A stretch of DNA of 64,000 nt. Origin: an uncultured Planctomycetales bacterium (GTDB lineage Bacteria; Omnitrophota; Gorgyraeia; Zapsychrales; JBDRMG01). The notes beneath the pieces are model-generated. The model saw nothing but the letters and a program-made list of their open reading frames with translations. It was not told the origin of the DNA and did not search any database. Position 1 is the stretch's first letter; each line of letters opens with the position of its first letter. The stretch covers positions 35,179 to 99,178 of the forward strand of contig CAYZIY010000002.1 in NCBI GenBank assembly GCA_964478715.1, in the 5' to 3' direction. Of the stretch, positions 22,350 through 33,174 are shown one piece after another. The translations under genes and the position numbers were made by a program.

Positions 22350-23188
22350 TGGGAATTCGAAAATATAAACCTACAACCAATGGGCTTAGACACGCAGCGA
22401 TTTGTGATTTTTCCGAAATAACCAAGCATAAACCGGAAAAGTCTTTGTTAGAACCTTTGAAAAAATCCGGAGGACGCAATAATTACGGGCGGATTACGTG
22501 TCGTTATCGCGGGGGCGGGCATAAACGAATGTATCGTATCATTGATTTCAAAAGAAAACGCCTTGATGAAACCGCTGTAGTTGTTGGAATTGAGTACGAT
22601 CCGAATCGCTCGGCCCGTATAGCGCTTATCGAATATCAAGATAAAGGCCGTTCTTATATTTTGGCTCCACTGGATCTGAAGCCTGGCGATAAGATTGTGA
22701 GTACGATTAATGGCGATGCCGATTTAAATCCTGGAAACTGCATGCCTTTAAGTAGAATTCCTCTGGGCCTTGCGGTTCATAATGTGGAGTTGAAAGCCGG
22801 AGCGGGTGGCAAAATTGTTAGAGCGGCCGGTTCAGCGGCGCAATTGATGGCTAAGGAAGGAAAACACGGACAATTACGAATGCCCTCAAGCGAGATAAGA
22901 AAAGTCGATCTTGATTGTCGGGCGACTATCGGACAGCTTAGCAATGTAGAAAACGAATCGCAGTCTATCGGTAAAGCTGGACGGATGCGGTGGAAAGGCC
23001 GAAAAGGCGGTGTGCGCGGAGTTGTCATGAATCCGCATGATCATCCGCATGGCGGCGGCGAAGGAAAAGCTCCGCAAGGTAATCCGCATCCCGTGACACC
23101 CTGGGGGAAGCCGACGAAAGGATATAAGACGCGAAAATTACGAAAATATTCAGACAGATTCATCGTTAAAAGAAGGAAGAAAAAGTAA
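22349..23188 (+). CDS. rplB: 50S ribosomal protein L2
   Basis: [26 protein letters not shown]. Confidence 0.98.
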   Translation: MGIRKYKPTTNGLRHAAICDFSEITKHKPEKSLLEPLKKSGGRNNYGRITCRYRGGGHKRMYRIIDFKRKRLDETAVVVGIEYDPNRSARIALIEYQDKGRSYILAPLDLKPGDKIVSTINGDADLNPGNCMPLSRIPLGLAVHNVELKAGAGGKIVRAAGSAAQLMAKEGKHGQLRMPSSEIRKVDLDCRATIGQLSNVENESQSIGKAGRMRWKGRKGGVRGVVMNPHDHPHGGGEGKAPQGNPHPVTPWGKPTKGYKTRKLRKYSDRFIVKRRKKK

Positions 23189-23189
23189 A

Positions 23190-23477
23190 ATGCCACGATC
23201 AGTCAAAAAGGGAGCTTATATCGCAGAACATCTGGCAAGGAAAATTGAAAAGATGCAGAAAACCGGACAGAAGCAACCCATCAGAACATGGAGTCGGTCA
23301 TCGACTATTACTCCTCAGTTTGTGGGCTATACAGTAGCGGTTCATGACGGTCGCAAACATGTTCCGATTTTTATTACGGAAAATATGGTGGGATACAAAT
23401 TCGGATCTTTTGCGCCCACAAGAACATTTCGCAAGCACGGTGGCGTGAAGGCAAAGAAAGCGCCACAAAAGACATAG
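23190..23477 (+). CDS. rpsS: 30S ribosomal protein S19
   Basis: RSVKKG, TWSRSS, FAPTR. Confidence 0.97.
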   Translation: MPRSVKKGAYIAEHLARKIEKMQKTGQKQPIRTWSRSSTITPQFVGYTVAVHDGRKHVPIFITENMVGYKFGSFAPTRTFRKHGGVKAKKAPQKT

Positions 23478-23485
23478 AAAAGACC

Positions 23486-23821
23486 ATGATTGCCAAAGCC
23501 AAAGTGAAGTATGCCAGGATATCACCGACGAAAGTAAGACGGGTTATCAATCTGATAAGAGGGAAGGATGTTGAGCGGTCCTTATCTCTTTTAGCTCAAA
23601 CAAAATTGGGGCCCACTCCGCTTGTCAGTAAACTTTTGCAGTCGGCCATTAGCAATGCCAAGAAAAAGGGTGTGAATGAGGATCAGCTTATCGTTCGACG
23701 CGTTTTTGCGGATCAGGGGCCGTCAATGAGACGTTACAAAGCAGCCGCTTTCGGCCAAGCTAAACAAATTCTTCATCGAACAACACATTTAACTATTGAA
23801 CTGGATCTTAAAACGAAATAA
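23486..23821 (+). CDS. rplV: 50S ribosomal protein L22
   Basis: RISPTKVR, SAISNA, DQGP; operon position. Confidence 0.95.
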   Translation: MIAKAKVKYARISPTKVRRVINLIRGKDVERSLSLLAQTKLGPTPLVSKLLQSAISNAKKKGVNEDQLIVRRVFADQGPSMRRYKAAAFGQAKQILHRTTHLTIELDLKTK

Positions 23822-23830
23822 AGGAGCCTT

Positions 23831-24514
23831 ATGGGACAGAAGGTTAGCCCGATTATATTAAGAATACCGTACATTAAGAACTGGAGCAGTCTCTGGTTTG
23901 CCGATAAAAAGGACTATCCCCAGAATCTTGTTGAAGATAATAAAATCCGTGAATATATCAAAAAGAAATTTGTTCAAGCCGCAGTCGCCAAAGTTGTGAT
24001 TGAACGGTTAGCGGATAAGATCAAAGTGACAATTCACACTGCTCGACCTGGTGTTATTATCGGAAGACGGGGAGCGGATATTGATAGGCTCAGGGATGAT
24101 TTATCTAAAATTACACCTAAAGAAATAGCCATCGATATCAAGGAAATCAAGCAACCGGCTGTCAATGCTCAGCTTGTCGCCCAAAATGTCGCGTTTCAGC
24201 TGGAGAGACGCGTAGCATTTCGTAGAGCGATGAGACGGTCCATGGAGCAAGCCTTAACAGCAGGTGTTCAGGGCATCAAGATTGCCTGTGCGGGACGACT
24301 CGGCGGAATCGAAATGTCTCGGCGAGAGACGGTGAAAAGAGGAAAGATTCCTTTGCAGACATTTCGGGCTGACATTGATTATGGCTTTGCGGAAGCTCAC
24401 ACAACGTACGGCACTTTGGGTGTCAAAGTTTGGACGTATCATGGAGATGCTGTTCTGCAAAGAAAAACGGATGATTCCAAAGAAAATGGTCAGTTACCAT
24501 TGAAACAAAAATAG
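23831..24514 (+). CDS. rpsC: 30S ribosomal protein S3
   Basis: MGQKV, ARPGVIIG, GRLGG, PLQTFRADIDY. Confidence 0.98.
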   Translation: MGQKVSPIILRIPYIKNWSSLWFADKKDYPQNLVEDNKIREYIKKKFVQAAVAKVVIERLADKIKVTIHTARPGVIIGRRGADIDRLRDDLSKITPKEIAIDIKEIKQPAVNAQLVAQNVAFQLERRVAFRRAMRRSMEQALTAGVQGIKIACAGRLGGIEMSRRETVKRGKIPLQTFRADIDYGFAEAHTTYGTLGVKVWTYHGDAVLQRKTDDSKENGQLPLKQK

Positions 24515-24520
24515 GTCATC

Positions 24521-24940
24521 ATGGCATTTATTCCCAAAAGAGTCAAGTATAGAAAATCACAACGACGCAAGAATCGCGGTGTTGCAATCCGCGGATCCAG
24601 TCTTACATTTGGAGAATATGGACTCAAGACATTGGAGAATGGAAAGATTCGCAATAATCATCTGGAAACGGCCAGAGTCACGATTGTTAGAAAATTACGC
24701 GGTGCAGGGAAATTATGGATTAAGATATTTCCTCATAAACCCATAAGCAAAAAACCTGCCGAAACACGGATGGGAAAAGGCAAAGGCGATCTTGACCATT
24801 GGGAAGCGTTAGTGAAGAGAGGCTGCATTTTATTTGAAATCAGTGGAGTTCCTGAGGAATTTGCCAGACAGATTTTCCGATTAGTAGCATTTAAGATGCC
24901 CGTGAGAACAAGATTTGTCTCAAGGGCTGCTGAAAAATAA
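24521..24940 (+). CDS. rplP: 50S ribosomal protein L16
   Basis: PKRVKYRK, ETRMGKGKG. Confidence 0.97.
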   Translation: MAFIPKRVKYRKSQRRKNRGVAIRGSSLTFGEYGLKTLENGKIRNNHLETARVTIVRKLRGAGKLWIKIFPHKPISKKPAETRMGKGKGDLDHWEALVKRGCILFEISGVPEEFARQIFRLVAFKMPVRTRFVSRAAEK

Positions 24941-24952
24941 GGTAAATTAATA

Positions 24953-25165
24953 ATGAAAGCAAAAGAACTGAGAGATTTGGATAAAAGCGAGCTTCAGAAT
25001 AAAGAAAAGTCTCTGAAAAAGGAACTTTTTAATTTGAACTTTCAAAAGCAATTCGGTCAGGTCGAGAAGCCCGGTCGATTTCGCAATATAAAAAGAAATA
25101 TTGCTCGTATTCAGACTATTTTAAAAGAGAGAGAACAGGATGGAACAGCAAAAAAACTATCGTAA
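24953..25165 (+). CDS. rpmC: 50S ribosomal protein L29
   Basis: MKAKELR, ELFNL, IARIQT. Confidence 0.95.
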   Translation: MKAKELRDLDKSELQNKEKSLKKELFNLNFQKQFGQVEKPGRFRNIKRNIARIQTILKEREQDGTAKKLS

Positions 25166-25397
25166 AGTTTTTAACGGGATTGTCGTTAGCGACAAAATGA
25201 ACAAAACGCGAGTGGTCAGTGTACCGTGGATGTCCAAGCATAAAATCTATCAAAAGAATATCAGACGCTCAACCCGTTTTAAGGCCCATGATGAGAAAAA
25301 TGCTTCCAAGGTGGGTGATAGGGTGACGATTGCTGAAACTCGCCCACTTTCTAAAGACAAAAGATGGATTATTAAAGATATTCGGCAAGCGAAATGA
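25140..25397 (+). CDS. rpsQ: 30S ribosomal protein S17
   Basis: [21 protein letters not shown]. Confidence 0.97.
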   Translation: MEQQKNYRKVFNGIVVSDKMNKTRVVSVPWMSKHKIYQKNIRRSTRFKAHDEKNASKVGDRVTIAETRPLSKDKRWIIKDIRQAK

Positions 25398-25762
25398 TTT
25401 ATCTTCGAACATTATTAAATGTAGCTGATAATTCGGGTGCGCGAAAAGCATCATTTATTGGCGTTCTCAACCGAAAGGGACGCAAGATGGCTCAAATCGG
25501 CGATATCGTTAAGGTGAACATTAAAGAATCGGCTCCGGATGCTGCCGTTAAGAAGGGAACTGTTGCGAAAGGCGTGATTGTCCGCACAAAAGCACCAATT
25601 CGACGTAATGACGGAACCTATGTTAGGTTTGATACCAATGCTATCGTCATTGTGGATGACGCCGGAAACCCGAAAGGAACACGTGTTTTTGGTCCAGTTG
25701 CTCGGGAACTCAGAAATATGGAATTTATGAAAATTGTCTCATTAGCTCCAGAGGTTGTCTAA
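25394..25762 (+). CDS. rplN: 50S ribosomal protein L14
   Basis: [25 protein letters not shown]. Confidence 0.98.
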   Translation: MIYLRTLLNVADNSGARKASFIGVLNRKGRKMAQIGDIVKVNIKESAPDAAVKKGTVAKGVIVRTKAPIRRNDGTYVRFDTNAIVIVDDAGNPKGTRVFGPVARELRNMEFMKIVSLAPEVV

Positions 25763-26074
25763 ATGTTTCGTGTTAAGAAAAATGATCAAGTGATGGTTGT
25801 TGCGGGAAAAGATAAAGGCAAACAAGGGAAGATTCTTCATCTATTTCCCAAGCAGCAGAAAGCGATTGTTGAAAATATCAATATGGTTAAAAAGGCTAGA
25901 CGGCGCACGCAGCAGGATCAACAGGGTGGAATTATCGAGATCGAGAATCCGATTCATCTTTCCAATTTGATGCCTTATTGCAAGCAGTGTAATAAAGCTA
26001 CACGAATTAAAGTTGGGGTTCTTAATGATGGTAGCAAAATTAGGGAATGCCAAAAATGTGGAGCAGCGATTTAA
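25763..26074 (+). CDS. rplX: 50S ribosomal protein L24
   Basis: AGKDKGKQG KOW motif, IHLSN, two CxxC. Confidence 0.96.
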   Translation: MFRVKKNDQVMVVAGKDKGKQGKILHLFPKQQKAIVENINMVKKARRRTQQDQQGGIIEIENPIHLSNLMPYCKQCNKATRIKVGVLNDGSKIRECQKCGAAI

Positions 26075-26075
26075 A

Positions 26076-26618
26076 ATGAGGCCTCGATTAGCCGAAAAAT
26101 ATAAAGACGAAATCATCCCGGCAATGAAGGAGAAGTTCAATATTGATAACGCGATGTCTCTTCCCGTGCTTGAGAAAATTGTTATCAATATGGGAGTGGG
26201 TGAAGCCATTGATGATCCCAAGATTTTGGAAAAAGCATCCAGCGAAATGGCAGCTATTACCGGGCAAAAACCAATCATTCGAAGAGCCAAAAAGGCCGTC
26301 TCTAATTTTAAAATCCGAAAGGGCGTTGCGATTGGCTGCAAGGTAACATTGCGTCGACAGAAAATGTATGAATTCATGGATCGATTGATCAATGTGGCTT
26401 TGCCTCGTATCCGGGATTTCAATGGGGTGCCGAAGAATTCATTCGATAGAGAAGGAAACTATACAGTTGGACTCAAGGAGCAAGGTATCTTTCCGGAGAT
26501 TAGCCTTGACCAGATTCAGCGTTCACAGGGAATGGATATCACATTTGTTTTTAATCACGGACCCCGAGAGCAGACTTTCGAAATATTGCGTTTTTTCGGT
26601 ATGCCGTTTACAAAATAG
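26076..26618 (+). CDS. rplE: 50S ribosomal protein L5
   Basis: [22 protein letters not shown]; start corrected to ATG 26076. Confidence 0.97.
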   Translation: MRPRLAEKYKDEIIPAMKEKFNIDNAMSLPVLEKIVINMGVGEAIDDPKILEKASSEMAAITGQKPIIRRAKKAVSNFKIRKGVAIGCKVTLRRQKMYEFMDRLINVALPRIRDFNGVPKNSFDREGNYTVGLKEQGIFPEISLDQIQRSQGMDITFVFNHGPREQTFEILRFFGMPFTK

Positions 26619-26638
26619 TAAAAGAGGGTAGAAATCTT

Positions 26639-26824
26639 ATGGCCAAAACAAGCTGGATTTATAAAGCGCAACGAAAGCCAAAATATTCCGCCAGGAAAGT
26701 GAATCGCTGCAAACTCTGCGGGCGCTCCCGAGGATATTTGCGCCGATTTTCTTTGTGTCGCATTTGTTTTCGTGAGCTGGCCTGGAAAGGTGAAATTCCG
26801 GGCGTTAAGAAAGCTAGCTGGTAA
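26639..26824 (+). CDS. rpsN: 30S ribosomal protein S14, zinc-binding (type Z)
   Basis: 61 aa, RCKLCGR...LCRICFRE. Confidence 0.97.
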   Translation: MAKTSWIYKAQRKPKYSARKVNRCKLCGRSRGYLRRFSLCRICFRELAWKGEIPGVKKASW

Positions 26825-26838
26825 AAGAAGGAAATTCT

Positions 26839-27237
26839 ATGTCACTCAATGATCCGATTAGCAATATGTTAACAAGCATTCGAAACGCGTCCAACGTTAA
26901 AAAAGACAGCGTTGATGTTCCTGCATCCAAAATTTCTAAGAAAATCTTGGAGATATTTAGGAATGATGGATATATCGAGGATTTTCGAACATTATCGAAT
27001 ACAAAGCAAGGGACATTAAAAGTATATTTAAAATATAAGACCAATAATGAGCCGGTGATTATTGGCTTGAAGCGAGTCTCCAGGCCGGGGTTGCGGAAAT
27101 ATGTGAAGCATGATGAAATTCCCCGAGTTTTGAACGGTTTAGGTTCTGCGGTGATTTCAACATCGCGGGGTGTTATGTCAGATCGCCAAGCCCGGAAAGA
27201 AAAAATTGGAGGAGAGATTCTCTGTTACGTTTGGTAA
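26839..27237 (+). CDS. rpsH: 30S ribosomal protein S8
   Basis: DPI..MLT.IRN, SRPGLR, STSRG, GGE. Confidence 0.97.
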   Translation: MSLNDPISNMLTSIRNASNVKKDSVDVPASKISKKILEIFRNDGYIEDFRTLSNTKQGTLKVYLKYKTNNEPVIIGLKRVSRPGLRKYVKHDEIPRVLNGLGSAVISTSRGVMSDRQARKEKIGGEILCYVW

Positions 27238-27243
27238 TTTATT

Positions 27244-27783
27244 ATGTCACGTGTCGGTAAAGTTCCAATACAAATCCCTAAAGAAGTCAAAGTAGCAGTC
27301 AATAACGGTTCTGTTTTCATTGAAGGCTCAAAGGGGAAGCTCTCGCTCGATATCCCGCATGGGATCGAAGTGGAGACTAAAGATAATAAAATTGAAGTCC
27401 GTCGACTGAATAATTCCAAACAGTCGCGCTCCAATCACGGTACGATTCGAGCTATCCTGAGCAATATGCTAACAGGCGTTACCCAGAGTCATAAGAAAGA
27501 TTTGGAAATTCGAGGGGTCGGTTATCGAGCAAATTTACAAGGAGATAAGATTGAATTTAGTGTTGGTCTTAGTCATCCTGTGTTCTTTGATGTCCCTAAA
27601 GGCGTGAATGTCAAATTAAGAAAACCGACCGAAATCGAGCTGGAATCAATCGATAAAGCATTGCTGGGGGAAGTGGCCAGTCGAATTCGCCGGATTAAAC
27701 CTCCTGAACCCTATAAGGGTAAGGGCATTCGCTATGCGGATGAGGTCGTTCGTCAAAAACAAGGAAAATCTGTCACCAAGTAA
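27244..27783 (+). CDS. rplF: 50S ribosomal protein L6
   Basis: MSRVGK, GVGYRA, PEPYKGKGIRY. Confidence 0.98.
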   Translation: MSRVGKVPIQIPKEVKVAVNNGSVFIEGSKGKLSLDIPHGIEVETKDNKIEVRRLNNSKQSRSNHGTIRAILSNMLTGVTQSHKKDLEIRGVGYRANLQGDKIEFSVGLSHPVFFDVPKGVNVKLRKPTEIELESIDKALLGEVASRIRRIKPPEPYKGKGIRYADEVVRQKQGKSVTK

Positions 27784-27785
27784 TT

Positions 27786-28148
27786 ATGATATCAGAAAAA
27801 GAGCAAAAAAGAGAAGCACGACACAGAAGGATTCGAAAGAAAATCCAAGGAAATGGTGAAGTTCCCCGTCTGTGTATTCATCGCAGCAATACCAATTTGC
27901 AGGCCCATATTGTTGATGATGTTAAGAGAAAGGTTTTATTCGGCGCCTCTACTACCGATAAGGAATTTAAGAGCAAAGTCAAAAATGCAGGGAATATCAA
28001 AGCCGCGAGTCTTTTTGGCGAAGAGTTTGCCAAACTCGCCGGTGAAAAAGGCATCAAAAAGGTTTGCTTTGACCGCTGCGGTTATCTTTATCATGGAAGA
28101 ATCAAAGCCTTTGCCGAAGCAGCCAGAAAAGGTGGGATGAAGCTATAA
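27786..28148 (+). CDS. rplR: 50S ribosomal protein L18
   Basis: [17 protein letters not shown]. Confidence 0.97.
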   Translation: MISEKEQKREARHRRIRKKIQGNGEVPRLCIHRSNTNLQAHIVDDVKRKVLFGASTTDKEFKSKVKNAGNIKAASLFGEEFAKLAGEKGIKKVCFDRCGYLYHGRIKAFAEAARKGGMKL

Positions 28149-28855
28149 TGGATAATCAAGAAAAAGAGAATCAACCAAAAGAGAACCTGAAAGCCAAAGA
28201 GGTAAAAGAGACTTCCGTTGATCAAAACAATGCGGAGCAGCAACAAGAGGAGCGGTCCCCATCGACAGCAAGGAAGAATGATATTATTTCTGAAAAAAAG
28301 AAATCTTATGTCAAAAAAGGAAGGCCGAACAAGAAGACTTTAAAGTCGTCCGCAGGGGATGTTCAATCGGAAGTTATTGAAAAAGTCATTAAAATTAATC
28401 GCGTGGCTAAAGTTACCAAGGGCGGGAAAAAACTTTCTTTTAGTGCTTTGGTTGTTGTTGGAGATACAAAAGGTAAGACAGGATATTATTTGGGTAAAGC
28501 CAATGACGTGGCGGCGGCTATCAGAAAATCGCTGGCCGGCGCAAAAAAGAATATGATCAAGGTGCCCATGAGGCAATCCACCATCACGCATGAAATTATC
28601 GGAAAATGCGGAGCTGCACGGGTTTTACTCAAGCCGGCTGCAGAGGGAACCGGTGTTATTGCTGCTGGCCCTGTTCGGGCGGTCTGCGATGCGGCCGGAA
28701 TTCACAATATATTGACAAAGTGTCATACAACAAATAATCCGCTTAATGTTATTAAGGCAACGATTGATGGGCTCAGTCGGCTCAAGGCTCTCAAGACTGA
28801 GCAGTCTTCGCAAGGAGAAAAAGCGCAGCAAGAGGAAAGCAATGCTGATTCATGA
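28148..28855 (+). CDS. rpsE: 30S ribosomal protein S5 with long N-terminal extension
   Basis: [26 protein letters not shown]. Confidence 0.96.
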   Translation: MDNQEKENQPKENLKAKEVKETSVDQNNAEQQQEERSPSTARKNDIISEKKKSYVKKGRPNKKTLKSSAGDVQSEVIEKVIKINRVAKVTKGGKKLSFSALVVVGDTKGKTGYYLGKANDVAAAIRKSLAGAKKNMIKVPMRQSTITHEIIGKCGAARVLLKPAAEGTGVIAAGPVRAVCDAAGIHNILTKCHTTNNPLNVIKATIDGLSRLKALKTEQSSQGEKAQQEESNADS

Positions 28856-29291
28856 ACTGAAGAAATCGAAGAAGGCTCGTAAAAAGAGAAAGATTGTTGG
28901 TCGCGGCCACGGATCCGGTCACGGTAAAACATCATGCCGAGGGCATAAAGGCCAGAAAGCCAGATCTGGGCGAGGTATCCTTAATTCGCTGGAAGGGGGC
29001 CAGGTTCCTTTGATCAGACGTTTGGCCAAAATCGGTTTTCGAAGTAAGCATCCAAAAATACATCAATTAGTGAAAGTAGGCAGTTTGAATCGTTTTAAGG
29101 AAGATACGTTAATTGATGCTGAATTTATGAAAAATCATGGATTAATCCGAAGCACAAAGAGAACAATTAAGATCTTAGGTGACGGGGAAATTAAGAAGCC
29201 CCTTAAAATTGCCGCTCATTATTTTTCCAAAAGCGCGCAAGAAAAAATTGAAAAAGCTGGCGGAACGGTTCAAACGATAAAAGAAAATTAG
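28842..29291 (+). CDS. rplO: 50S ribosomal protein L15
   Basis: [17 protein letters not shown]; start corrected to ATG 28842. Confidence 0.96.
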   Translation: MLIHELKKSKKARKKRKIVGRGHGSGHGKTSCRGHKGQKARSGRGILNSLEGGQVPLIRRLAKIGFRSKHPKIHQLVKVGSLNRFKEDTLIDAEFMKNHGLIRSTKRTIKILGDGEIKKPLKIAAHYFSKSAQEKIEKAGGTVQTIKEN

Positions 29292-29292
29292 T

Positions 29293-30642
29293 ATGCTTAG
29301 CGCATTTGCCAATTGTTTAAAAATCCCTGATCTGAAAAAGAAGATTTTATTTACGTTAGGTATTATTATCGCTTATCGTGTGGGCTGCTATATTCCCACG
29401 CCTGGTGTCAACGGAGCTATGCTGGCGGAATATTTTCGGACGATGAGCACTAAAGCCGGCGGGGGGACAATTTTTAATATCATGAATATGTTTTCGGGAG
29501 GCGCGCTTCAAAAATTGACAATCTTTGCCCTCGGAATTATGCCGTATATTTCTTCTTCTATTATAATGCAGCTTTTAACGGCTGTTATTCCGGCGCTGGA
29601 GAAATTATCTAAGCAAGGGCAGGAGGGATATCGGAAAATCAATCAGTACACACGATATGGGACATTGGTATTATCTCTGGTGCAGTCGTATTTCATTGCC
29701 CTTTGGCTGGAGAGTCCGCAGATGTTTGAAAATTTGCGTGTTGTGGAAAATCCCGGCTGGGGATTTCGTTTAACAACTATGATTACTTTGACTTGCGGAA
29801 CATTGCTTCTCATGTGGCTGGGTGAGCAAATTCAAGAAAAAGGTATTGGAAACGGCATTTCCTTAATTATTTGCGTGGGCATTATTTCTAGTGCTCCGGC
29901 AGCAATCAATAATCTGATTCTGCTTTTATCACCCAAAACAGCTGCTGCGCGTCAGATTCAGCCCCTCACACTGGTGGTTATGATTTTCTTTTTAATCGCC
30001 GTTATTTTTTCAATCACTCTTATTACGCAGGGGCAAAGAAAGATTCCGGTGCAATATGCCCGGCGCGTAGTAGGCAGAAGGGTTTATGGCGGACAAAGCA
30101 CTTTTATTCCCTTGAAAGTGGATACGGCCGGTGTCATTGCTATAATTTTTGCCCAATCTCTGATTCTTTTTCCGGCAACAATCGCGAGCTTTCTCAATAA
30201 TCAAAAACTTTTGGCTTTCGCTAATATGATGACACGGGGAACGCCCATTTACTATATTATTTACGCCGTCTTGATTATCTTTTTTTGTTATTTTTATACA
30301 GCTATTGTTTTTAATCCGGTTGATATCGCTGAAAATATGAAGAAATACGGTGGTTTTATTCCCGGTGTGCGTCCAGGAAAACCGACAGCTGATTTTCTGG
30401 ATTTTACGATGACGCGCATCACTTTGGCCGGGGCCTTGTTTATTTGTGCTATAGCTATTATGCCGGACGCCATCATGGCGGCCTTCAAAGTTCCTTATTT
30501 AGTTGCGTCGTTCTTTGGAGGCACAGGCGTTTTGATTATGGTTGGGGTTATGCTTGATACATTGAAGCAAGTCGAATCCCAGTTACTGATGAGGCATTAT
30601 GATGGATTTTTAAAATCAGGCCAAGTGAGGGGTCGTCGATGA
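29293..30642 (+). CDS. secY: Preprotein translocase subunit SecY
   Basis: FALGIMPYI, GIGNGISL, IPGVRPG, multiple TM segments. Confidence 0.98.
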   Translation: MLSAFANCLKIPDLKKKILFTLGIIIAYRVGCYIPTPGVNGAMLAEYFRTMSTKAGGGTIFNIMNMFSGGALQKLTIFALGIMPYISSSIIMQLLTAVIPALEKLSKQGQEGYRKINQYTRYGTLVLSLVQSYFIALWLESPQMFENLRVVENPGWGFRLTTMITLTCGTLLLMWLGEQIQEKGIGNGISLIICVGIISSAPAAINNLILLLSPKTAAARQIQPLTLVVMIFFLIAVIFSITLITQGQRKIPVQYARRVVGRRVYGGQSTFIPLKVDTAGVIAIIFAQSLILFPATIASFLNNQKLLAFANMMTRGTPIYYIIYAVLIIFFCYFYTAIVFNPVDIAENMKKYGGFIPGVRPGKPTADFLDFTMTRITLAGALFICAIAIMPDAIMAAFKVPYLVASFFGGTGVLIMVGVMLDTLKQVESQLLMRHYDGFLKSGQVRGRR

Positions 30643-31304
30643 GAATAGTTTTATTGGGGCCTCCCGGAGCAGGAAAAGGAACTCAAGCAAAGCTATTGGC
30701 TAAGGAGTTCAATCTTTTACATATTTCAACCGGTGATCTCCTCCGCGAGGAGATGAAAAAGAATTCTGATTTGGGAAAGGAAGTTAAGAAATTCGTGGAA
30801 AGCGGAGGCCTTGTTCCTGATGAGATTGTGACGCAAATGATCAAGAATAAGCTGACGGTGCAATCAGATTCAAGAAGTGAGGGATACATTTTAGACGGAT
30901 TTCCCAGAACCGAACAACAAGCTGAGAGCCTGGATCAGATATTGGATGATATTCAGCAGCCGATCGATGCCACAATTTTTATGGAGGCGACTCTTCCTGT
31001 TGTGACTCAGCGACTTACCGGTCGTAGGGTTTGCCGCGATTGCGGAGCACTCTTTCATGTGGGCAATAAACCTCCCAAGAAGGATGGTGTTTGCGATCAA
31101 TGTCAGGGAGAGCTTTATCAAAGGCCTGACGATAATGAGGAAACCATCAAGAAACGGATGGATGTTTACATGAAGAACACGCAGTCGGTCATTTCCCACT
31201 ATCAAAGGCAGAACAAATTGGTTAAGGTCAATGGCGATCGAAATGCTGAAAAAGTACGCAAGCAGATTATCGATTTGTTCCATGAAACCGAGCGTCAACA
31301 TTAA
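30639..31304 (+). CDS. adk: Adenylate kinase (zinc lid)
   Basis: GPPGAGKGTQ, LDGFPR, CRDC/CDQC lid. Confidence 0.97.
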   Translation: MRIVLLGPPGAGKGTQAKLLAKEFNLLHISTGDLLREEMKKNSDLGKEVKKFVESGGLVPDEIVTQMIKNKLTVQSDSRSEGYILDGFPRTEQQAESLDQILDDIQQPIDATIFMEATLPVVTQRLTGRRVCRDCGALFHVGNKPPKKDGVCDQCQGELYQRPDDNEETIKKRMDVYMKNTQSVISHYQRQNKLVKVNGDRNAEKVRKQIIDLFHETERQH

Positions 31305-32043
31305 GCTGAAGACTCCTGAAGAGATTCGCGTCTTAAAGGAAGCGGGTCAGATATTAGCGGAAATTCGCGCAGGAATTAGAAGTTCTTTAAAAATTGGAAT
31401 ATCAACTAAAGATATTGACTTTAAGGCAGAGCAGTTGATCCAAAAACATAAGGTGCAGTCGGCCTTTAAAGGTTATCGTGGCTATCCGGCCTGTGCTTGC
31501 GTGTCCCTTAATCAGGAAGTTGTTCACGGAATTCCTCGCAAAGACCGGCTGGTTAAAAATGGGGATTTGTTAAGCATTGATATTGGAATCAAGCATGGCC
31601 GGTTTTTCTCTGATACGGCATTTACTGTTGGGTTGGGTCAGATTAGCCAGAGGCAACGTCAGTTGATTGATGTGACTCGAAAAGCGCTTGCTGAAGGCAT
31701 TGATCAGGCGCAAATCGGCAATCATCTTAGTGATATTTCTCATGCGATTCAAAAACGAATCGAGGAAAAGCATTTTTCTGTGGTTCGAGATTTTGTCGGT
31801 CATGGAATCGGGGAATCATTGCATGAGGAACCTGAGATTCCCAATTTTGGAAAGCCTCATCAAGGCCCAATATTACTTGAAGGTATGGTTTTTGCCATTG
31901 AACCCATGGCAAATATTGGTTCCTGGCAAACCAGTGTTCTTAAAGATGGTTGGACGGTGGTAACGCAGGATGGAAGTTGCTCAGCACATTTTGAGCATAC
32001 TATAGCTATTACGGCGAATGGGCCGATAATTTTGACGGAATAA
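31282..32043 (+). CDS. map: Methionine aminopeptidase type I
   Basis: VVHGIP, GHGIG..LHEEP, AIEPM, SAHFEHT; start set to ATG 31282. Confidence 0.96.
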   Translation: MKPSVNIKLKTPEEIRVLKEAGQILAEIRAGIRSSLKIGISTKDIDFKAEQLIQKHKVQSAFKGYRGYPACACVSLNQEVVHGIPRKDRLVKNGDLLSIDIGIKHGRFFSDTAFTVGLGQISQRQRQLIDVTRKALAEGIDQAQIGNHLSDISHAIQKRIEEKHFSVVRDFVGHGIGESLHEEPEIPNFGKPHQGPILLEGMVFAIEPMANIGSWQTSVLKDGWTVVTQDGSCSAHFEHTIAITANGPIILTE

Positions 32044-32047
32044 AGAA

Positions 32048-32266
32048 ATGGCCAAAGAAGACCTTATAGAGGTTGAAGGAGTTGTCAAAGAGGCATTACC
32101 CAATGCCATGTTTCACGTGGAGTTGGATAATGGGCATGTTATTCTCGCTCACATATCCGGTAAGATCAGGAAGCATTTTATTCGCATTCTTCCGGGAGAT
32201 AAAGTAAAGGTTGAACTTTCCCCATATGATTTATCTCGGGGACGCATAACTTACAGGAATAAATAA
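32048..32266 (+). CDS. infA: Translation initiation factor IF-1
   Basis: LPNAMF, HISGK, SPYDL. Confidence 0.98.
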   Translation: MAKEDLIEVEGVVKEALPNAMFHVELDNGHVILAHISGKIRKHFIRILPGDKVKVELSPYDLSRGRITYRNK

Positions 32267-32380
32267 ATGAAAGTGAAATCTTCAGTAAAAAGAATTTGTG
32301 GCAAATGTCATATCGTGCGACGACGTGGGGTTGTACGAGTAATTTGCTCCAATCCGAAACACAAGCAAAGACAAGGATAA
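32267..32380 (+). CDS. rpmJ: 50S ribosomal protein L36 (not in ORF track)
   Basis: Manual translation [37 protein letters not shown]. Confidence 0.97.
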   Translation: MKVKSSVKRICGKCHIVRRRGVVRVICSNPKHKQRQG

Positions 32381-32387
32381 GTGAAGT

Positions 32388-32756
32388 ATGCCTAGAATAC
32401 TCGGTATTGATCTTAATAAAGAAAAGCATATTGAAACATCTCTTCGCTATATTTATGGGATTGGATTAACCTCGTCTCGCAAGATTCTTGACGAGGCGAA
32501 TATTTCCTATGACAAGAAAGCAAAAGATTTGACGGATGAAGAAGTTGCTCGTGTTACTGCCATAATCCAGAAGAATCATCGTGTGGAAGGCGACTTGCGA
32601 CGAGAAGTTCATCAAAATATTCGCCGGTTGATTGACATCGGGTCTTATCGGGGAGCTCGTCATAAAAAAGGCTTACCCGCCCGTGGCCAAAGAACCCGGA
32701 CGAATTCAAGAACACGGAAAGGCAAAAGACGATCCGTGGGGACATCAAAAAAATAA
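32388..32756 (+). CDS. rpsM: 30S ribosomal protein S13
   Basis: [19 protein letters not shown]. Confidence 0.98.
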   Translation: MPRILGIDLNKEKHIETSLRYIYGIGLTSSRKILDEANISYDKKAKDLTDEEVARVTAIIQKNHRVEGDLRREVHQNIRRLIDIGSYRGARHKKGLPARGQRTRTNSRTRKGKRRSVGTSKK

Positions 32757-32770
32757 TTTAGGATGGACAC

Positions 32771-33160
32771 ATGGTTAAGAAAGTAACAAAAGTAAAAAAG
32801 AAATCATTAAAGGGAATCACCAGTGGCATTGTTCATATTTACGCCACATTCAACAATACGATCATTAGCATTTGCGATAAGCAGGGTAATGTCATCGTAT
32901 GGTCCACACCAGGTCATGTCGGATTTAAGGGTTCAAAAAAATCGACACCTTTTGCGGCTCAGATCGCAAGCCAGGATGCCGCTAAAAGGGCTAAGGACCT
33001 TGGGATTATGTCAGTTGAGGTTTACGTAAAAGGGCCGGGCTCAGGGCGTGAATCAGCTATTCGGGCGCTTCAGTCTGCCGGTCTGGAAGTAACTTCGATC
33101 AAAGATGTTACGCCGATTCCGCATAATGGTTGTCGTCCCAGAAAGAAGAGACGAGTTTAA
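32771..33160 (+). CDS. rpsK: 30S ribosomal protein S11
   Basis: [24 protein letters not shown]. Confidence 0.98.
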   Translation: MVKKVTKVKKKSLKGITSGIVHIYATFNNTIISICDKQGNVIVWSTPGHVGFKGSKKSTPFAAQIASQDAAKRAKDLGIMSVEVYVKGPGSGRESAIRALQSAGLEVTSIKDVTPIPHNGCRPRKKRRV

Positions 33161-33174
33161 AGGAAAGGGTGCAG

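Noticed and set aside
28746-28841. Upstream extensions of ORF-track calls (rplO, rplE, rpsD, map, pfkA, lipB, Trm112)
   Set aside because: They mostly run into the preceding gene or terminator; downstream ATGs match family N-termini.
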